Shown: positions 47,768 to 60,819, counted from the first letter of the stretch. The stretch: 60,819 nt of DNA from Saprolegnia diclina VS20 (GCF_000281045.1 NW_008246125.1:191451-252269); one strand, 5' to 3'. Notes: generated by a model from the sequence alone, not told the origin. A program made the numbers and translations.

Positions 47768-47921
47768 GTTCTTCTGCTCGTTGCTGAAGAGAGACAAGGC
47801 GCTTTTGCCGCCGTCGCTACGCAGTTTTAAACGTCGCGTATCCGGATTATACCGGATACACTACACGCACTTTATTGAAGGCAACGTCGAGTGGTGGTTG
47901 GCAGAAGCAGATTGATCCACG

Positions 47922-48167
47922 ATGGCCAAGTTCACGCACGAGCAAATGAAGAAGATGACGCGCCGCGTGGCGTCCGAGTCGACCGAGTGCCAGCCTGAGT
48001 TCCTTCTCTTCATCGGCGCCATGGCCAAGCACAACTGGGACTCGAGCAAGTGCGTGCGCGAGTGGCGGGACGCTTTCAACTGCGTCGCTGGCAACCGTAA
48101 CAAGGGCAGCGCCAAGCAAAAGTCGACGCTCAACTACCACGTCATGCGCCTCGCCAAGGGCTTGTAA
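47922..48167 (+). CDS. MRP10: Mitochondrial small ribosomal subunit protein mS37 (Mrp10/CHCHD1-like)
   Basis: 81 aa; CX9(A)...CX9C helical hairpin; C-terminal KSTLNYHVMRL resembling the Mrp10 NYH..RL motif. Confidence 0.7.
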   Translation: MAKFTHEQMKKMTRRVASESTECQPEFLLFIGAMAKHNWDSSKCVREWRDAFNCVAGNRNKGSAKQKSTLNYHVMRLAKGL

Positions 48168-48784
48168 ATATTAGGATGATCCAAGCGTTGCCTGCATAAT
48201 AGAGCGGATGCCATGACCTGGACTCGCCCCAGTACGACACAGTATGGAACTACACAGTCTACTAGGGAGGCTAGGACCTCAAAATCAAGGCATGGACAGC
48301 GTTGCTATGTCCCATGTACAGCCACGTAGCTTTCCCGCCAAGCAGCTGGACAAAGCAAAGCTTGACGCTGATAGTAGTCATCTCGAGGTCGTCCAGAGGA
48401 TTCTTTGGTGTCCTCGCGTTGTTGAGCCTCTTTTAGCGGCTGAACAACAACGACCAATCTTATTACAAACCTTGTTCGACAACGCCGTCCAAACGCTAGC
48501 AGTCAATGCAGTCATCAGCGCCACAAAACAGAGCGACATCCAGCTTTCGCGTTGAATCTGACAGGGCAACGCCAACTAGTATTCCTGCCCAAAGCAGCGT
48601 AATCCTCACACTAAATAATAAAGTCAAGTGGGCACAACAAAAATAGTGCTCAGGTCAAAGTCGTTGGAGCGGATTGTAGAAATTGCTTTAAATCACATAG
48701 AATTATCAAGTAATAAGAATATATAAAATACGCGAGGATCTTCCCCTTTTGGCATCAGTTTCCAGGACGAAGCGAAGAAGCAGC

Positions 48785-50013
48785 ATGGCAGCCGAGGCTA
48801 AAGAAGCGATCACAACGATGGAGGGCGCCCTCAAGTACGCGGTCAAGACGATGGACGACTTCTTCGACCCGTCTATCGACAACGACAAGCGCATTCCAGT
48901 GGACCTCATGCAGGGTGCAAAGGGTCTCGCCTTCCTAACGGTGATCAAGGCCGGCTTCATTTGGACGGGTAAGGTCGGTACGGGCCTGGTGCTGGCCCGG
49001 CTGCCGGACGGCCGCTGGTCGGCACCATCAGCTATCGGCACGGTCGGCATGGGCGTGGGTTTCGAAGCGGGTGGCCAGATTATCAACTACATGATCATCC
49101 TCAACTCGGAGGCCGCTGTCAAGTCGTTCATGCAGAAGGGCCAGTTGTCGGCTGGCGCTAACATCGAATTCGCTGCTGGGCCATTCGGTCGCGCTGCTGG
49201 AGCAAACGCCAACATTTCAGCGCAAGGTATCGCCCCCAACTACACGTACAGCCACAGCAAGGGCCTCTTTGGCGGTGCGGGGCTCCAAGGTTCGGCGATT
49301 GCCGCGCGCTCAGACATCAACAAGACGTTTTATGGGCGCGAAATCTCGCCGTCTGAGATCTTGATGGGCGGTGTCGACCAGCCGGCGTCTGCGGCGCCGC
49401 TGTACGAGGTTATTGACCGCGTGCTCGCGCTGCCGTCACAAGGCAACCCTTTGAGCAAGCTGCCGTCTATGCCGGCTATGCCCTCCATGGCAGGCGTCCC
49501 AAGCGCAATTCGCGCCAAGTTGCACATGCGTGAGCCGATGCCATCGGCGGTTCAGGGCAGCGAGGTGCAGGTGGTGTACCAGCGTGTCCTCGCGTCTATC
49601 GAGTCTGTTGCTGGACTCGAGTTTGTCGCCGACTTCAAGGTCAAATGCAAAGAGTTTGGCCAAAGCAAGATGGAAGACGCCGCGTTCATCACGTTCATGG
49701 CCCAGGCCTTCAACGCCCAGCAGCGTGTGACTTTGTACCCGGTATGCTACGTTTCTTATATGCCTAGAATCTGACCTGTGCTTAGGATGTCGTACGCCTT
49801 TTGCAAGACAAACATAAGCGTCAAGTGCTCTGGGTACGTTGGAATATCCAAACCATGTATCTAACGCATCCTCTTTCAGAACGCCTACTTGGACGCTAAA
49901 GAGGAAGGTACGATATAGCGACATCGTTCGCAGGTCATTATTAATTTACTACTACTTGCGTAGTGGCCGCGACAACGCCTGCAACATCGGCCGCAGCACC
50001 GTCGCTCTTTTAA
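48785..50013 (+). CDS. SYLF/Ysc84 actin- and lipid-binding domain protein with C-terminal helical domain
   Basis: IPVDLMQGAKGLAFLTVIKAGFIWTGKVGTGLVLARLPDGRWSAPSAIG; YTYSHSKGLFGG; no SH3 seen; last exons uncertain. Confidence 0.88.
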
Positions 50014-50327
50014 TGCGAATCACAGCCGTTAAAACGTTGGGCGTTGGAGGGTTAATATACGCCCAACACCGTTTGCACACCTGCGGTTACTTGTGCGCTC
50101 AACGAAGGTAGTTTTGCGAAGTACGAAACGGAGCAGAACTAGATTGGAGTAGTAAGTATTACATGACTATATAGCGCGTTGACTGACACTTGGTGTCCCG
50201 TGTCACGAGCTCTTGAAGTCGCTGTTGGTAGCGCATGTGAGTCCCGTTGCCAAAACTCTCTCCACCGAGTCACCGAGAAGTATCGGCTTCGTCCAGAGAA
50301 GCATGATGGCACCCCAGTCCACAAATC

Positions 50328-50368
50328 GTTGTTGTTGGAATGAGTCTATTGAGATATTATTTCCTACA
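50328..50368 (-). mobile_element. 5'-truncated copy of the SINE (3'-terminal 41 bp)
   Basis: 41/41 identical to 34488-34528; flanked by AGTCCACAAATC / CGTCCACAATTC (10/12, TSD-like). Confidence 0.8.
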
Positions 50369-50843
50369 CGTCCACAATTCGTATTGCATTGCTGCAGCTG
50401 CTTGCAGTGTCCTTTGAATTGTACTAGTACGAGCTTTGTGTATTGAAACCTTCGTGCTTCATATTATGACCACGCTGGCAGAGGTGAGTAGTGCTCCTCG
50501 CTGACGCTAGCTCGCGCAACCATGTCACAGAAGTCAACACGAGGTGCTATTGCGATTTGATCTCAACGAGCCACGTGCCATCATACAGAGCCCAGGTGCA
50601 TGTCCACCTTCAAAACCGCTGCTCTACGAAGATAGACGCACGTAATAAAACAAACGACGCACAAAATTTATTTCTCTTAGATATTCATTTACCTGGTACA
50701 ATAAAGTGAATGCATGCTTTGCAAGTGTTTTTATTGTTAACAATCGGAATGCATACAAGCCACAAGTAGATATTAACGAAGTGAGATCGAATTTGGCTGC
50801 CTGAACCGTTATCGAGCTTACGGCCGTGAAGATACCAGCGACA

Positions 50844-53800
50844 ATGGAGATGGACGCACGGCAATTTCCGCCCCTCGATGGTCTGGGAAATGGAAGCATA
50901 TCCCCAGAAGATGCATACGAAGCGCTGCAGAGAAGCACTACGTACGCCAACCCAGAGCTCCCGACGTACCTTGCCTCGCTGCTGCTCAATCTGCCGGACG
51001 ATGGCGTCGACGGGACGCTGCGGCTTCTCGAGTGTATCTTGGCTGGGGGCACCGCAAGCTTCGAGACGTTCCTCGCGACGCGTGCCAACTTATATGGACA
51101 AGCCAGTCGCTCCAAGTGCGAAGAGGTCTGGAACGGTGACCACATCGCCTACCGCTGCCGAACGTGCGGCTTGTCCGACTCGAGCTGCATGTGTGTGCAG
51201 TGCTTCGACCCAGCTCAGCACGAAAACCACGACTACCGCATCTACCGGTGTAGCTACGGTGGCTGCTGCGACTGCGGCGACGAGCTTGCGTGGAAGCCAT
51301 CAGGCTTTTGCAAGACGCACTGCTCCGCGCCGTCGGTTCCAATACCAGACATTGCAAGCGAAGAATGCGCGCGATTAGATGTGGTCCTGGACTCGATTTT
51401 GGAGCTACTCCTATCGCTCTTGCGCATGGTCTACAGCGAGGTGACGGTACCGGGTACGTCCGCGGCCTCGACGCACACGCTACAGACTACTCAGTACTGC
51501 TTCTCGGCCGCCGGCCGCACGTACGACAGCTTTACGCCCCGGACGCAGCTTCTCCTCCGTCGACTAGCACAGTGTCTATCGTGGCTACAACCCATCGTGA
51601 CGAGTTGCGTTCAGTACCGAGCGCGCATGTGCCGCGCGCTGCAGATGCCAACGCACTGGGGACCATCCTCGACAACGATGCTCGACGCGTGCCTGACGTT
51701 CGGCATTCTGTTCCCGCTCGAGTCGGCGGATGCGCTCGGCGTGCTCTTTCTCAAGCTGCTCTTCGACAAGGACTTTAAGGTGCGCTTCACGGCAGCTTTC
51801 TTGGCCGCGTACCCGTTCTACATACGCCTCTACAATGTCCACTTGGAGAACGAGGCGGCGCACACGCACGTGAGTCGCTTCATCGACCGCTTATTCTGCC
51901 AGCTCTTTCACAGCGCGGCGCAGCTCCACCAAATGGACCTCAGCGGCGCGACGCCCGTGCCTCCCATCCATGGCCACAATTTTGCCGTCAACGCCCGTCG
52001 CACCGCGACAGAGCAGCTCGTGCACTACCTGCTCGCGCACTTGCTCGCGCTACTCAAGCAGACGCTGCGTGGAACGACGATCGACTGCAACCATGACTTT
52101 CTCAAATTGCGGACCTATTCACGCTTCTGCTCGGAGCTGCGCACGCTTCTTGTGCACCCGCCCATTGCCGGTCAAGTCGTCGCCTCGTCCTTTACCTGCG
52201 ATTTACAGGTGCGGCATCGTTTATTTAGCAGGCTCTAACGACCATGCAGCTTGAAGCCGACTCCATCATGGCGACGCTTCTCGACATCTTGTCCACGATG
52301 CAGTGCATGGACCTCCAGACAAAGCAGCGAGACCGCCACATCGAGTTCGAGTCGAGCGTACGTATATGGATTTGTAGTCAGTCGGTGGTTGATGTGTTGG
52401 CTGCAGTCGTGGACAGCGTCCTTCGTACTGGACTATGAGGTCATGCTCGTGTGGCAATACATTTTGCTCGGATATCGTCGATGCATGACTGTGCCGCCCT
52501 CTGACGACGCGTTTGGGGCTCCCTTTCGGTGTGCCATTACGATATCATCTCATCTTGAACCTCACATGTGTATGCGCAGGGATCCACCGTTGAACCCGTC
52601 AAAGTCGCCCTTCGAGCTCCCGATGTTGGCGCAAGGACTTTTGGCGCCCATTGAAGCAAAGCTCGCGGCGTGGTGCTGTGAGAGCATGGGCCAAGCAACA
52701 TGGCCGCGCCTTGATAGCGCCACGTGCAGTTTGCACTTGCCGCTGCACCACTTTTATGCAAGCGCGCTCAGTGACATGATGGCGGCGCTCGCAGGAGGTA
52801 CAATCCAAACCTCGAGCTTGTTCATGACAATCTTGTGTGTTCAGATCCCAAGGCGCTGCTGGCTCTGCTGCGTCGGCCTGGCGGGGCCTTTTGGCACACG
52901 GTTGTGTATCACTCAGTGCAAGTGCAGCATTTCGTGCGGTCAATCAAGTGCCATCTCTGGGTTCTCAACGGGCAGTCCATGTGGCAGCAGGTGTATCATT
53001 ACCACTCACGCCATTGGCGCCACCACGGACTGCACAAGGACCTTTTTCTTCTCCAACTTGGCGCTGCTCTGGACCCGGCATTTGTGGCGGACCTCGTCTC
53101 ACACTGGCTTCCCGACGACAAGGACGCGTCGCCGCTGATGCTCGACGAGCTCCTAAAGCTCGTGCTCCAGCTCGTATTGGACCCAACGCACATTGGGGCG
53201 CTCTCGTCGTGGCAGCTTCTGGTACAACTCTCTGCCTGTTGGACGCGGCTTGACCGGGCGTAGATTCGAGAGGTCAAGCACTGGCTTGGCACGGGACCGT
53301 TGACACGCACCGAGTTTGTCTCCAAGTGCAACCTAAAGCTTCTCGATGCGATAAAAGAGCACACGAAAGAAGAAGACGACGACATTCTCAACCGCGCACT
53401 GGAACAAGTCGGCGTGAGCTCGTCCGTCATGGCTGCGACGTCGGGTGGCTCCGAGCCGTCGCCACAAGCAGTTCTGCAGGGTCTGGACAACCATCCGTCG
53501 TCAAGCACGTCGACGTTTACGCTGCAGCCAGCGCTCTGGGCTGACATTTGCCCCTACTTTGAGGCATTTACACTCATGGACGCGCAAAAGTGCGAGCAAA
53601 ACCGACCAACGACGCAAGTGGTGTTGCCGCCACTGGATCACGTGCTCCCTTGCCTTGACGCGCGCGACAGCGTGCAGTTTGCCGTCATTTCGGCGCTGCT
53701 ATCAAGTCACCTGCTGTTGGCACTTGTGTATCGCGTCCTTCACACCGAGACTCAGCTTTCTGAGGACGCCAGCGTTGTACAAACCGCATTGCACCTTTTG

Positions 53801-55718
53801 TACACGGCGGTGTCGATTGTGCCGCGAGATTACGTACCAGAGACAGCCCTCGCAATGACCCATGACGCGCTGGATGCAATTGTGCGGGCCTGGAGCGGTA
53901 ATATTATCGATCTCTGCCCATGCACCAAACATCTACGTAGGGAAGACGTGGTGGGACGCGTTGACAACACGGGTTGAAATACTTGCGCCGGCAGCGTCGC
54001 TGGTGGAGCTTCTCCAACGAATGCCGTCATCGCCGCTCGTGACGGCCGTGCTCAGCCGCTGCGATCCGTCTGCACCACCAACCGCGCCTGCACCGCCAAC
54101 TCCCAAATCTGGAAAGCCCGACCACATTAAGGAGCGCCAGGCCAAGATACTTCAGAAGCTTCGTGCGCAACAGAACGCATTTCTCCGCCTTTCAAAAGAT
54201 CGGGCGCCCGCGGATGAAGTCCTCCCCGTCTTTGCGCAGGCGTCGCTTGGGTCGGTAGAAAGTCCGCGACCAACAACGACGGCCTACGACTGCGCATTGT
54301 GTCACGACGAAGCGGTCGCCAACAATGCTTTTGGCTCGGTTGGCTTTCTCACGCCGTCCCGCGTCGCATGCCTCGCGTCGCCACCGCTCCTCGCACCATA
54401 TCCGCATTGTCACGCTCGCGTCTGCGGCCACGTAGTCCATCTGGGATGCATGCAAACGTACCTCACAACGCTCGATGACCGCCAACGCATCACGGCACCT
54501 GGAGAATTTGTCTGCCCCATTTGTCGCCGCCTCAGCAATACCCTAGTGCCGCTGGCTGCTTCCTCAGCGTCACCGCCGTCGGTTGTCGAGTGGGCCTCGG
54601 GTCGGTTTGTACCAGCATCAGTGCTGCTGCCGCTGTCCGTTCGCACGTTTCTTCACCAAGTGCATTCGACTATTGGCAACCCGTTGGCGCCGACGCTTGC
54701 GACCCTCGTCGACATGGCTGACCACCTCCTCTTCCTGGCCGAGCTCAGCGAGCGTAACGCCGGTATCGCGACCACCTTTCAGTGCCTCGCCAATCTCGTG
54801 CATGTGCCTACGCTGCAGATTCCGAGCCCACCGTGGACGTGGCATCAGTTTCTCTCGTGGTGCCTTGTTGCGCCTCGCTCTGCGCCAGACCTCCTCGCCC
54901 ACTACGTGCCGTTTGCACTTTCGCAGTCGCCGACGCTGCCTGGCCTCGCCCGCAAGCTCCGTACATACGTCATATCACCTTTCCTTTTAAAGCCTGCTGG
55001 TCGTAGGACATGTGCAGACGTGGCTCGGCAAGTCGAACGCCATCGCTGAGACCGGTGCGCTCGACCAGTGGCTGACGGCGCTGCAACCCGAGGTACTTGT
55101 CGGTCGCATTTTCATTGCTCATGTATCGAGCGCAAAGGCGTCATTGCCGACCGCGACGTTCTCGCTCGTGAAGCTGCCAAAGCACTACGTCGAGATCTAC
55201 CTTGCGTACTGCCAAAAGAATGCACAGTGCGCCAAGTGCAACGCCGTGCCTCAGCATCCAGCGATCTGCCTCCTCTGCGGCGTACGACACAACTACCAAG
55301 CACACTGTCTCATGCCACGTGACGGGTCGTAGAAACTTGTTTGTTGCTTTGGCGCGTGCTGCCAGGACGATCAAGGACGTGGTGAGTGCACTCAGCACAG
55401 CCTTACGTGTGGCGTTGGCTTTGGCTGCTTCCTCCTCCTCCGCGCCTGCACGGTAATGTGTTTGATTGACATCGAGCCATTTGACGCATCTGACCACACT
55501 AGGTGCTTTTGCTGCTTGGACAAGGACGGTGCAGTATTTGGGGCAGCGTCTACTTGGACAAAAATGGGGAGGAAGACCCGTACCTCCGTCGCGGCAAGAC
55601 GCTGTACCTGAGCGACGAGCGCTACACGCAGCTGTGGGAGCTCGTCGTGCGCCACGGCTTTACCGAGAGCAGCTCAATCTTAGCCAACACGTCGCGTCAA
55701 GATGGGTTGCGGTATTAA
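50844..55718 (+). CDS. UBR-box RING E3 ubiquitin ligase (N-recognin, UBR1/2/3-PRT6 family), multi-exon
   Basis: UBR box (YRCRTCGLSDSSCMCVQCF...GGCCDCGD..AWK..GFCKTH); MQCMD...HIEFES; RING (CALC...CGHVVHLGC...CPICRRLSN); C-terminal WGSVYLDKNGEEDPYLRRGKTLYL. Confidence 0.93.
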
Positions 55719-55753
55719 CATATTAGCAAGTCCTTCCTTCTGCACTACCTTAC

Positions 55754-56086
55754 TTAGTTGGCAACATGGCGAAGCAAGTGGGAGATGCGGTAGTTGAGTT
55801 TCTCGACCTGCTTCTTGAGTGCTTCATTCTCTTCGCGGAGAGCAGCCTCGTTCGAGATCGAGCTCGAGGATGGGGCCGACGTCGCAGTGTCCTTGACCAT
55901 CGCCTCCCGCAACTGGCGCAGCGCCATGAGCATTTGTTCCTGGAAGGCCTTCAGATCACCGCCACCGACCGCGCTGAGCGACTTTTCGACTGCAGTCAGG
56001 CGCTGGCTCACTCCCTACATCCCTCGTGTCAGAATCCCTTAACCTGCAACTGCGCGTACGTCCATCTTGGCATCGACACGCTCCAT
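55754..56086 (-). CDS. Small coiled-coil protein, 2 exons
   Basis: MERVDAKMD spliced to SQRLTAVEKSL...LREENEALKKQVEKLNYRISHLLRHVAN. Confidence 0.7.
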
Positions 56087-56836
56087 GTCGAAAGTTGGAT
56101 CGATTCTGGCACCACTCGCTTTTTCCACCAGAATTAAGTCCGGCGCACTTCTGCGAACCATCCCAGTGACCGTGGCCGGATGACTGCCCATCAACTTGAT
56201 GGGCAGTCATCAAGCCACGGGCCAAGTCCCTTCGTATGTGCTTGTTTTGAAACTTTCAACACAAACACATACGAAGGAACACCGTACTCCCTGAACATCG
56301 GCATGCGTAGTACAATGCAAATAGGAAAGTGAACTAGAACGAATGACTGCTGGAACCGTGGGCACGGGTTCCTGTACAGTCTCATCCCAACAGTCTTCCC
56401 GCGGGATGATCCACAACGACGAACCACAACGTCTCGCCCCCAGCCCAGTGGTGAAAACCACGAATACACCCGAGTGGACGGGCCACACTGCTTGACGTAT
56501 GAACTTCGACGAACGATATCCGTTTTCGTGCAGCAGCATTCGTGAAGTTTATCATGTCATCCGAGAATGAGCGCGTTCAAATGTCACGGCAGCATGATTG
56601 ATGCTGCTAGAATAGTACTAATAAGGATAATGACGGCTAGCATCGTACATATACTTGGTCGTCTGGGACCACTCGAACCAACTAGCATGCCAATATAGGA
56701 TGTGCTTACTCGACTGCGTTCGAATTCCAAGTCGGGTGCTGGTACAGAATAGTGCCAGACACTTTCCCAGCAGGGCGGTGCGTTCCAAGCCGTTACCCAG
56801 AGTTGGTTACAATCGCGCGCCGACACGGACTCGTCC

Positions 56837-58768
56837 ATGGCCGTCGGTGCACGGATGCAGCTCAATGGTGTCTACGATTCCCCGCAGCGCACAAGTGCTG
56901 ACACTTCAGTGCCACCCTCATCTCGCACTACGACGCTGATTCGTTCTCCATCGACTTGTTGCAAAGACCCCGAATCGGTGTTCGCGATCACTCTCCCCAA
57001 GCACCGGCGGCAATTCATTCTCACCCAGAACAACTTCCACCCACTTTCTGCCGCACTGCGAAAGCGCCCGCAGTCGGCGATGACCAGACCTAGAGTGAAC
57101 CAGGTGTGCCCAACGCCAGACCCTCCAATCGCGCCAAAACCACGGCCACAGACGGCACACCGGCGACTAAGCAAGGCGCCGCCAACATTTTTGGTTGCAC
57201 GTCCAGCGTCCGCGTCTCGACCATTGATTGCAAAGCGGCCGACGCTTCCAGCAGCGTGGCTGCTGATGCAAAGAGAGCTTCAAAATCAAGCGCCGCCACT
57301 CACAACGGGTGCTATTGCCGCGCAGCTCACAAGAAAAGAAATCGAGTTGCAGCGATTAGTCACCACCGGCGCGCACAGGTGTCTTAACGACACGAAAATT
57401 GCCCACGATCAAAAGCAGAAGGAGCTGCGGTTTCTCCAGCATGGTATCACGGAGCACTGGAAAGAGCTACCATCAACATCAAGTGGCGATACATCGGTCG
57501 AAGCCAGGGTTGTCGAGCTGAAAGACGAGCTGCGCCGCGCCAATGCGTACACTGGCGGCCTCCAACGCATGTATGAGCGCACAAAAGCCGATGGCCATGC
57601 GCAACAGATTACGGCGTCGACGACTCGCAGCCGCGCGGGTACCCTTGCAAAAGAGTAATATCCCCTACTTGTTCTGACATCTAAACAAATTGCCGTGGAC
57701 AGGTGGCAAGCTCTCAACGCACGGCGACATCACTTCGAAAACGCCGCCCTCGAGCGGGTCAAACGACTCGCGGCTCTTCGGTAACATAAACAATTTCGCT
57801 TGGTTTAACAGCAATCACACGCGCGTAGTCGTAAGAAAGAAGCAACAGACGCCAATGCCACGGCCGTTATTGTCCACATGAAGACCGAGCTCAAACAAGG
57901 GTCGGAGCTGGAGCGCTGGCGCATTGAAGCCGACAAAAAGCGCGCGAACCTCGTACGCACGTTTCGTTCGCCGCTCGTCGAGGTGCCATCTCTCCGTTCG
58001 CATCGCCATGTATGCACGCGTATTAGGACAAGTCTACGCGTCTCGGGCGCGCAAACACCAAGCTCCTTCTCTTCCGCGAGGCTGTGCTTTCAACAAAAGA
58101 GAACCAATTCGATGAGCTCGTGCGCGAGTCAGGCGAGTCGAATATCCATACACTCGTGCAGCGATTCACTTCGTACTCAACGGATTTTGCAACGCTGAAC
58201 CAAATGGATGCCGAGAGCTGCGTTGCGCTTGAAGCAGTTGAGCAACGCCTCGAATCCTTGGAGGTCCAAGTGCGCGAACTTCAGACTGGGTAAGAAACAG
58301 TGCGTTGTGATAGATCACATACGAGCACTTGAATTGTAGTGGTATCGAACACGTCGTCGAGACCCAACGCCGGGCGAAAGCGCGACTTGAAGAGAAGCTA
58401 TGGAGTGCCAAAATGCACGAAGATAAAGTCGCTGCAACATTGAGGTCCCAGCAGCAAACCATATCAGGTCTTTGAGCCGTTGTCGCATCGATCTATATAT
58501 GACAATCGATGCGGTAGTGCTGCACCAAGGCCTCCTTGCCATTGCAGATATTCTCGCCTGCCTCGATACGGTGGCGACGGACAGACACACAGCAGCCTCA
58601 ACGTTGGAGCTAGCTACACGTTGCGTCGGACTTCTCAAGCGCCACCGAGTTCGAGAGCCAGTGCTTTCAGCAACGGCATTGCAAGAAGTGCTTGAGCATA
58701 TCGCGCATATTGCACCCTCACGAAGCGTTGTGCCACCGACGACAGCATGCAGCAACAAGTTCGGGTAG
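56837..58768 (+). CDS. Coiled-coil protein, possibly outer dynein arm docking complex-like / flagellar, multi-exon
   Basis: RPQSA, RPQTA and RPASA motifs; coiled coils; FDELVRESGESNIHTLVQRF resembles the ODA-DC pattern F..IK..TG.SDI..LV..F. Confidence 0.5.
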
Positions 58769-58994
58769 AAATCAATTCGCCTTGCGGTTAATGACAAAGA
58801 TAGATATGAAATGAACCCTACGCGACTCAGTACTGACTACTCGTGTCCTTTTGGCATCATATTTTTCAGAGGACTTCATAATATGAAGTTCCGCCATTCC
58901 ACCGGTTGGCATGCGCTAGCTGAAAGCTAGAACCTAAATGCTCTACTTGAATGGAAGCAAATTAATTGCCATTACCAAGCATTTATTACCTTCC

Positions 58995-60060
58995 TCAATC
59001 AAGACCGAACTGTACTTGGAGGCAACAACTGTGATGGTGTCCTTCGTGCCAGTGTTGGTGTTCTCCGTGCCAGTGGTAGGCGATGCGGGTAGCTATTTGA
59101 CTGACACTTCCAATTTGGAAATGGCTTGAGCTCTGCGCCTTGATCCTGGATTTTATAACGTATGTTTGTTTCTGGATCTTGGTCTTCCATCGCTCGGACT
59201 TGCGCGGAAAACCACTTCCACTTCTTGGAAACGGCCCAAAGAAACACACCTGTATTTATGCCCTATTTTTATTACAACGCAAGGCGTTGGAATTTTGACT
59301 ATGGCTCACAACGTAGCATTGATTGGACTACCAAGCACCGCACATGAAGCGCTGGCACATGGACATGCGTCCTTGGCGTGGCAAGTCGTTCTCAGCGGCG
59401 ACGGCATCGTTGAAGGAGCCATCGATCACGATGACTGCGGTTGACGCCAGTGCGTGCATGTGCGATAGCATGTGCTTGAGCTCGTCTGGCGTCGGCGTGT
59501 GCGGCACGAAGTCCAGTGCGAACATGGTGCCGACAACGTAGCCATCATGGCAAACTGGCGCGGAAGCCACGAAACGCACGGGGGCACCAAACGGATTCGG
59601 TCCGTTGCTCGAAACGAGTGGGTGCGCTTTGAACCGATCGTCCTGCGTCGTATCAAGCACCACCATCGGCTCCCGCGACGCGACGACGTAGCCGCAGAAA
59701 GATTGGTGACGCGGTAGCTCAATCGTCTCGCCCTTGTACTGAAAACGCTGGCTTGTCTCGTTGATCCAGCTCACAGCCATGACTGGGTACTGTAATTCTT
59801 TCTTGGCGATCTCGTTGAGGAACATGAGAGTCTCGTCCTTGAGCTTGAGCTTGTGCACCCAATGCAGCCGATACGGATCGTCCCATGCCAAGTCCAGCGA
59901 GACTTCGGTGATGCCTGAGAGCTCGGCTGTCTCTGCGTGCACCACAACCGTCTTGCGCTCGCGGTGCTCGACAAAGGTCGCGTCCTCGCACTGGATCGTG
60001 TCCATTCGGGAAATGATGCGATGCTCACCGAGGCGTCGCGTCGCGCGCGTTTATCACACA
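58995..60060 (-). CDS. GAF-domain protein; both ends uncertain
   Basis: LPRHQSFCGYVV...PMVVLDTTQDDRFKAHPLV...VRFVASAPV..DGYVVGTMFALD. Confidence 0.8.
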
Positions 60061-60819
60061 ATCCTGTGAGTAAGCTCAAAAGCGCACCTATTATTCATCA
60101 ACGCACCTAAGATATGCGTAAAGCGCACGAGATTCGTTATGGAAGACGCACCCAGTGCAACACAGCCTGACGCGACACTGCAAAGTGCAAGGAGGTCGTG
60201 CGAGCGTTCGGTCATTACGCGGCAGCTCGCGATCCAAAGCCAGCAGCGTGTACTGTACCTACGCCAACTGCTTGGTACGAATGCGTTGGACAAGGCCAGT
60301 TTTCGAAGGGAGTCGAGGATTTATGCAGCCATGTCGACTCACATCTATGCACCGCTCGCTTGCAAGACTGCACTTTCGATGCCCAGGATGAAGTCAGGGT
60401 AGAAGTCGTGACGAATGACACAATCTCATGTGCGAAAAATCGGGGTTTTCTCTCTAGACATGACTGCATAGTCAAAAACGTACCGAGTACATGTATTCAT
60501 CTCCGTTGCACAAAATCGAGGCGAAATGCACCAAAAGTTTGCGTTGCGAACAATTCATTTGTATGTAGTCATCACCATAGGCGCGCATCGACTGCAACAC
60601 AGCAAAACACTCTTTGCCTATCATCGGTGCTATTTTTTCCTACTTTTCCATGGCGATGATCAGATTGGAATGAAAGGCGATAATTGGCGGCGACTTCCTT
60701 TTGCACCGGCATCATTCAAAGGACTCTGAACATATATATCCATGAAATGTATATCCATGTACTCCGATGCACCACTGTTGTGCCGTCACCACTTTCTTCG
60801 TCGCTCATCATTTTGTCGG

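Noticed and set aside
34488..50368. The 41-bp repeat starting GTTG as a CRISPR direct repeat or as paired LTRs
   Set aside because: Only two copies 15.8 kb apart, each with its own TSD-like flanks, housekeeping genes between them, and no cas or gag-pol; the SINE tail explanation fits better.
56700..56745. GTTCGAATTCC B-box-like motif
   Set aside because: No convincing A box or cloverleaf.

Overview
Gene-dense, GC-rich eukaryotic DNA with many 40-60 bp GT-AG introns. Gene content and style fit an oomycete, probably Saprolegniales (inference). About 25 tightly packed protein-coding genes flank a lower-GC, gene-free island of decayed transposons (~33.4-43.7 kb). The genes include a HEAT-repeat protein, GOSR1, a GPALPP1-like protein, TMEM14, PPIP5K/VIP1, QDPR, an LVIVD-repeat protein, CSN5, NBS1, an SDE2-SPRY fusion, RAD52, PH-PI4K, a choline transporter-like protein, importin alpha, mS37, a SYLF protein, a UBR E3 ligase and a GAF protein. 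The island holds two Helitron/Pif1 helicase remnants, hAT and PIF/Harbinger transposase remnants, two MITE-like elements and a complete 342-bp tRNA-derived SINE with a 15-bp target-site duplication; a truncated second SINE copy lies 15.8 kb away. The most notable observations are that SINE family, a non-motor protein carrying an apparent dynein-stalk microtubule-binding domain, an intronless prokaryote-type LVIVD gene, an SDE2-CCCH-SPRY fusion head-to-head with NBS1, and a 28-bp palindromic micro-element with a 9-bp duplication. Exon boundaries were read by eye, and family calls come from motif recognition, not database searches.
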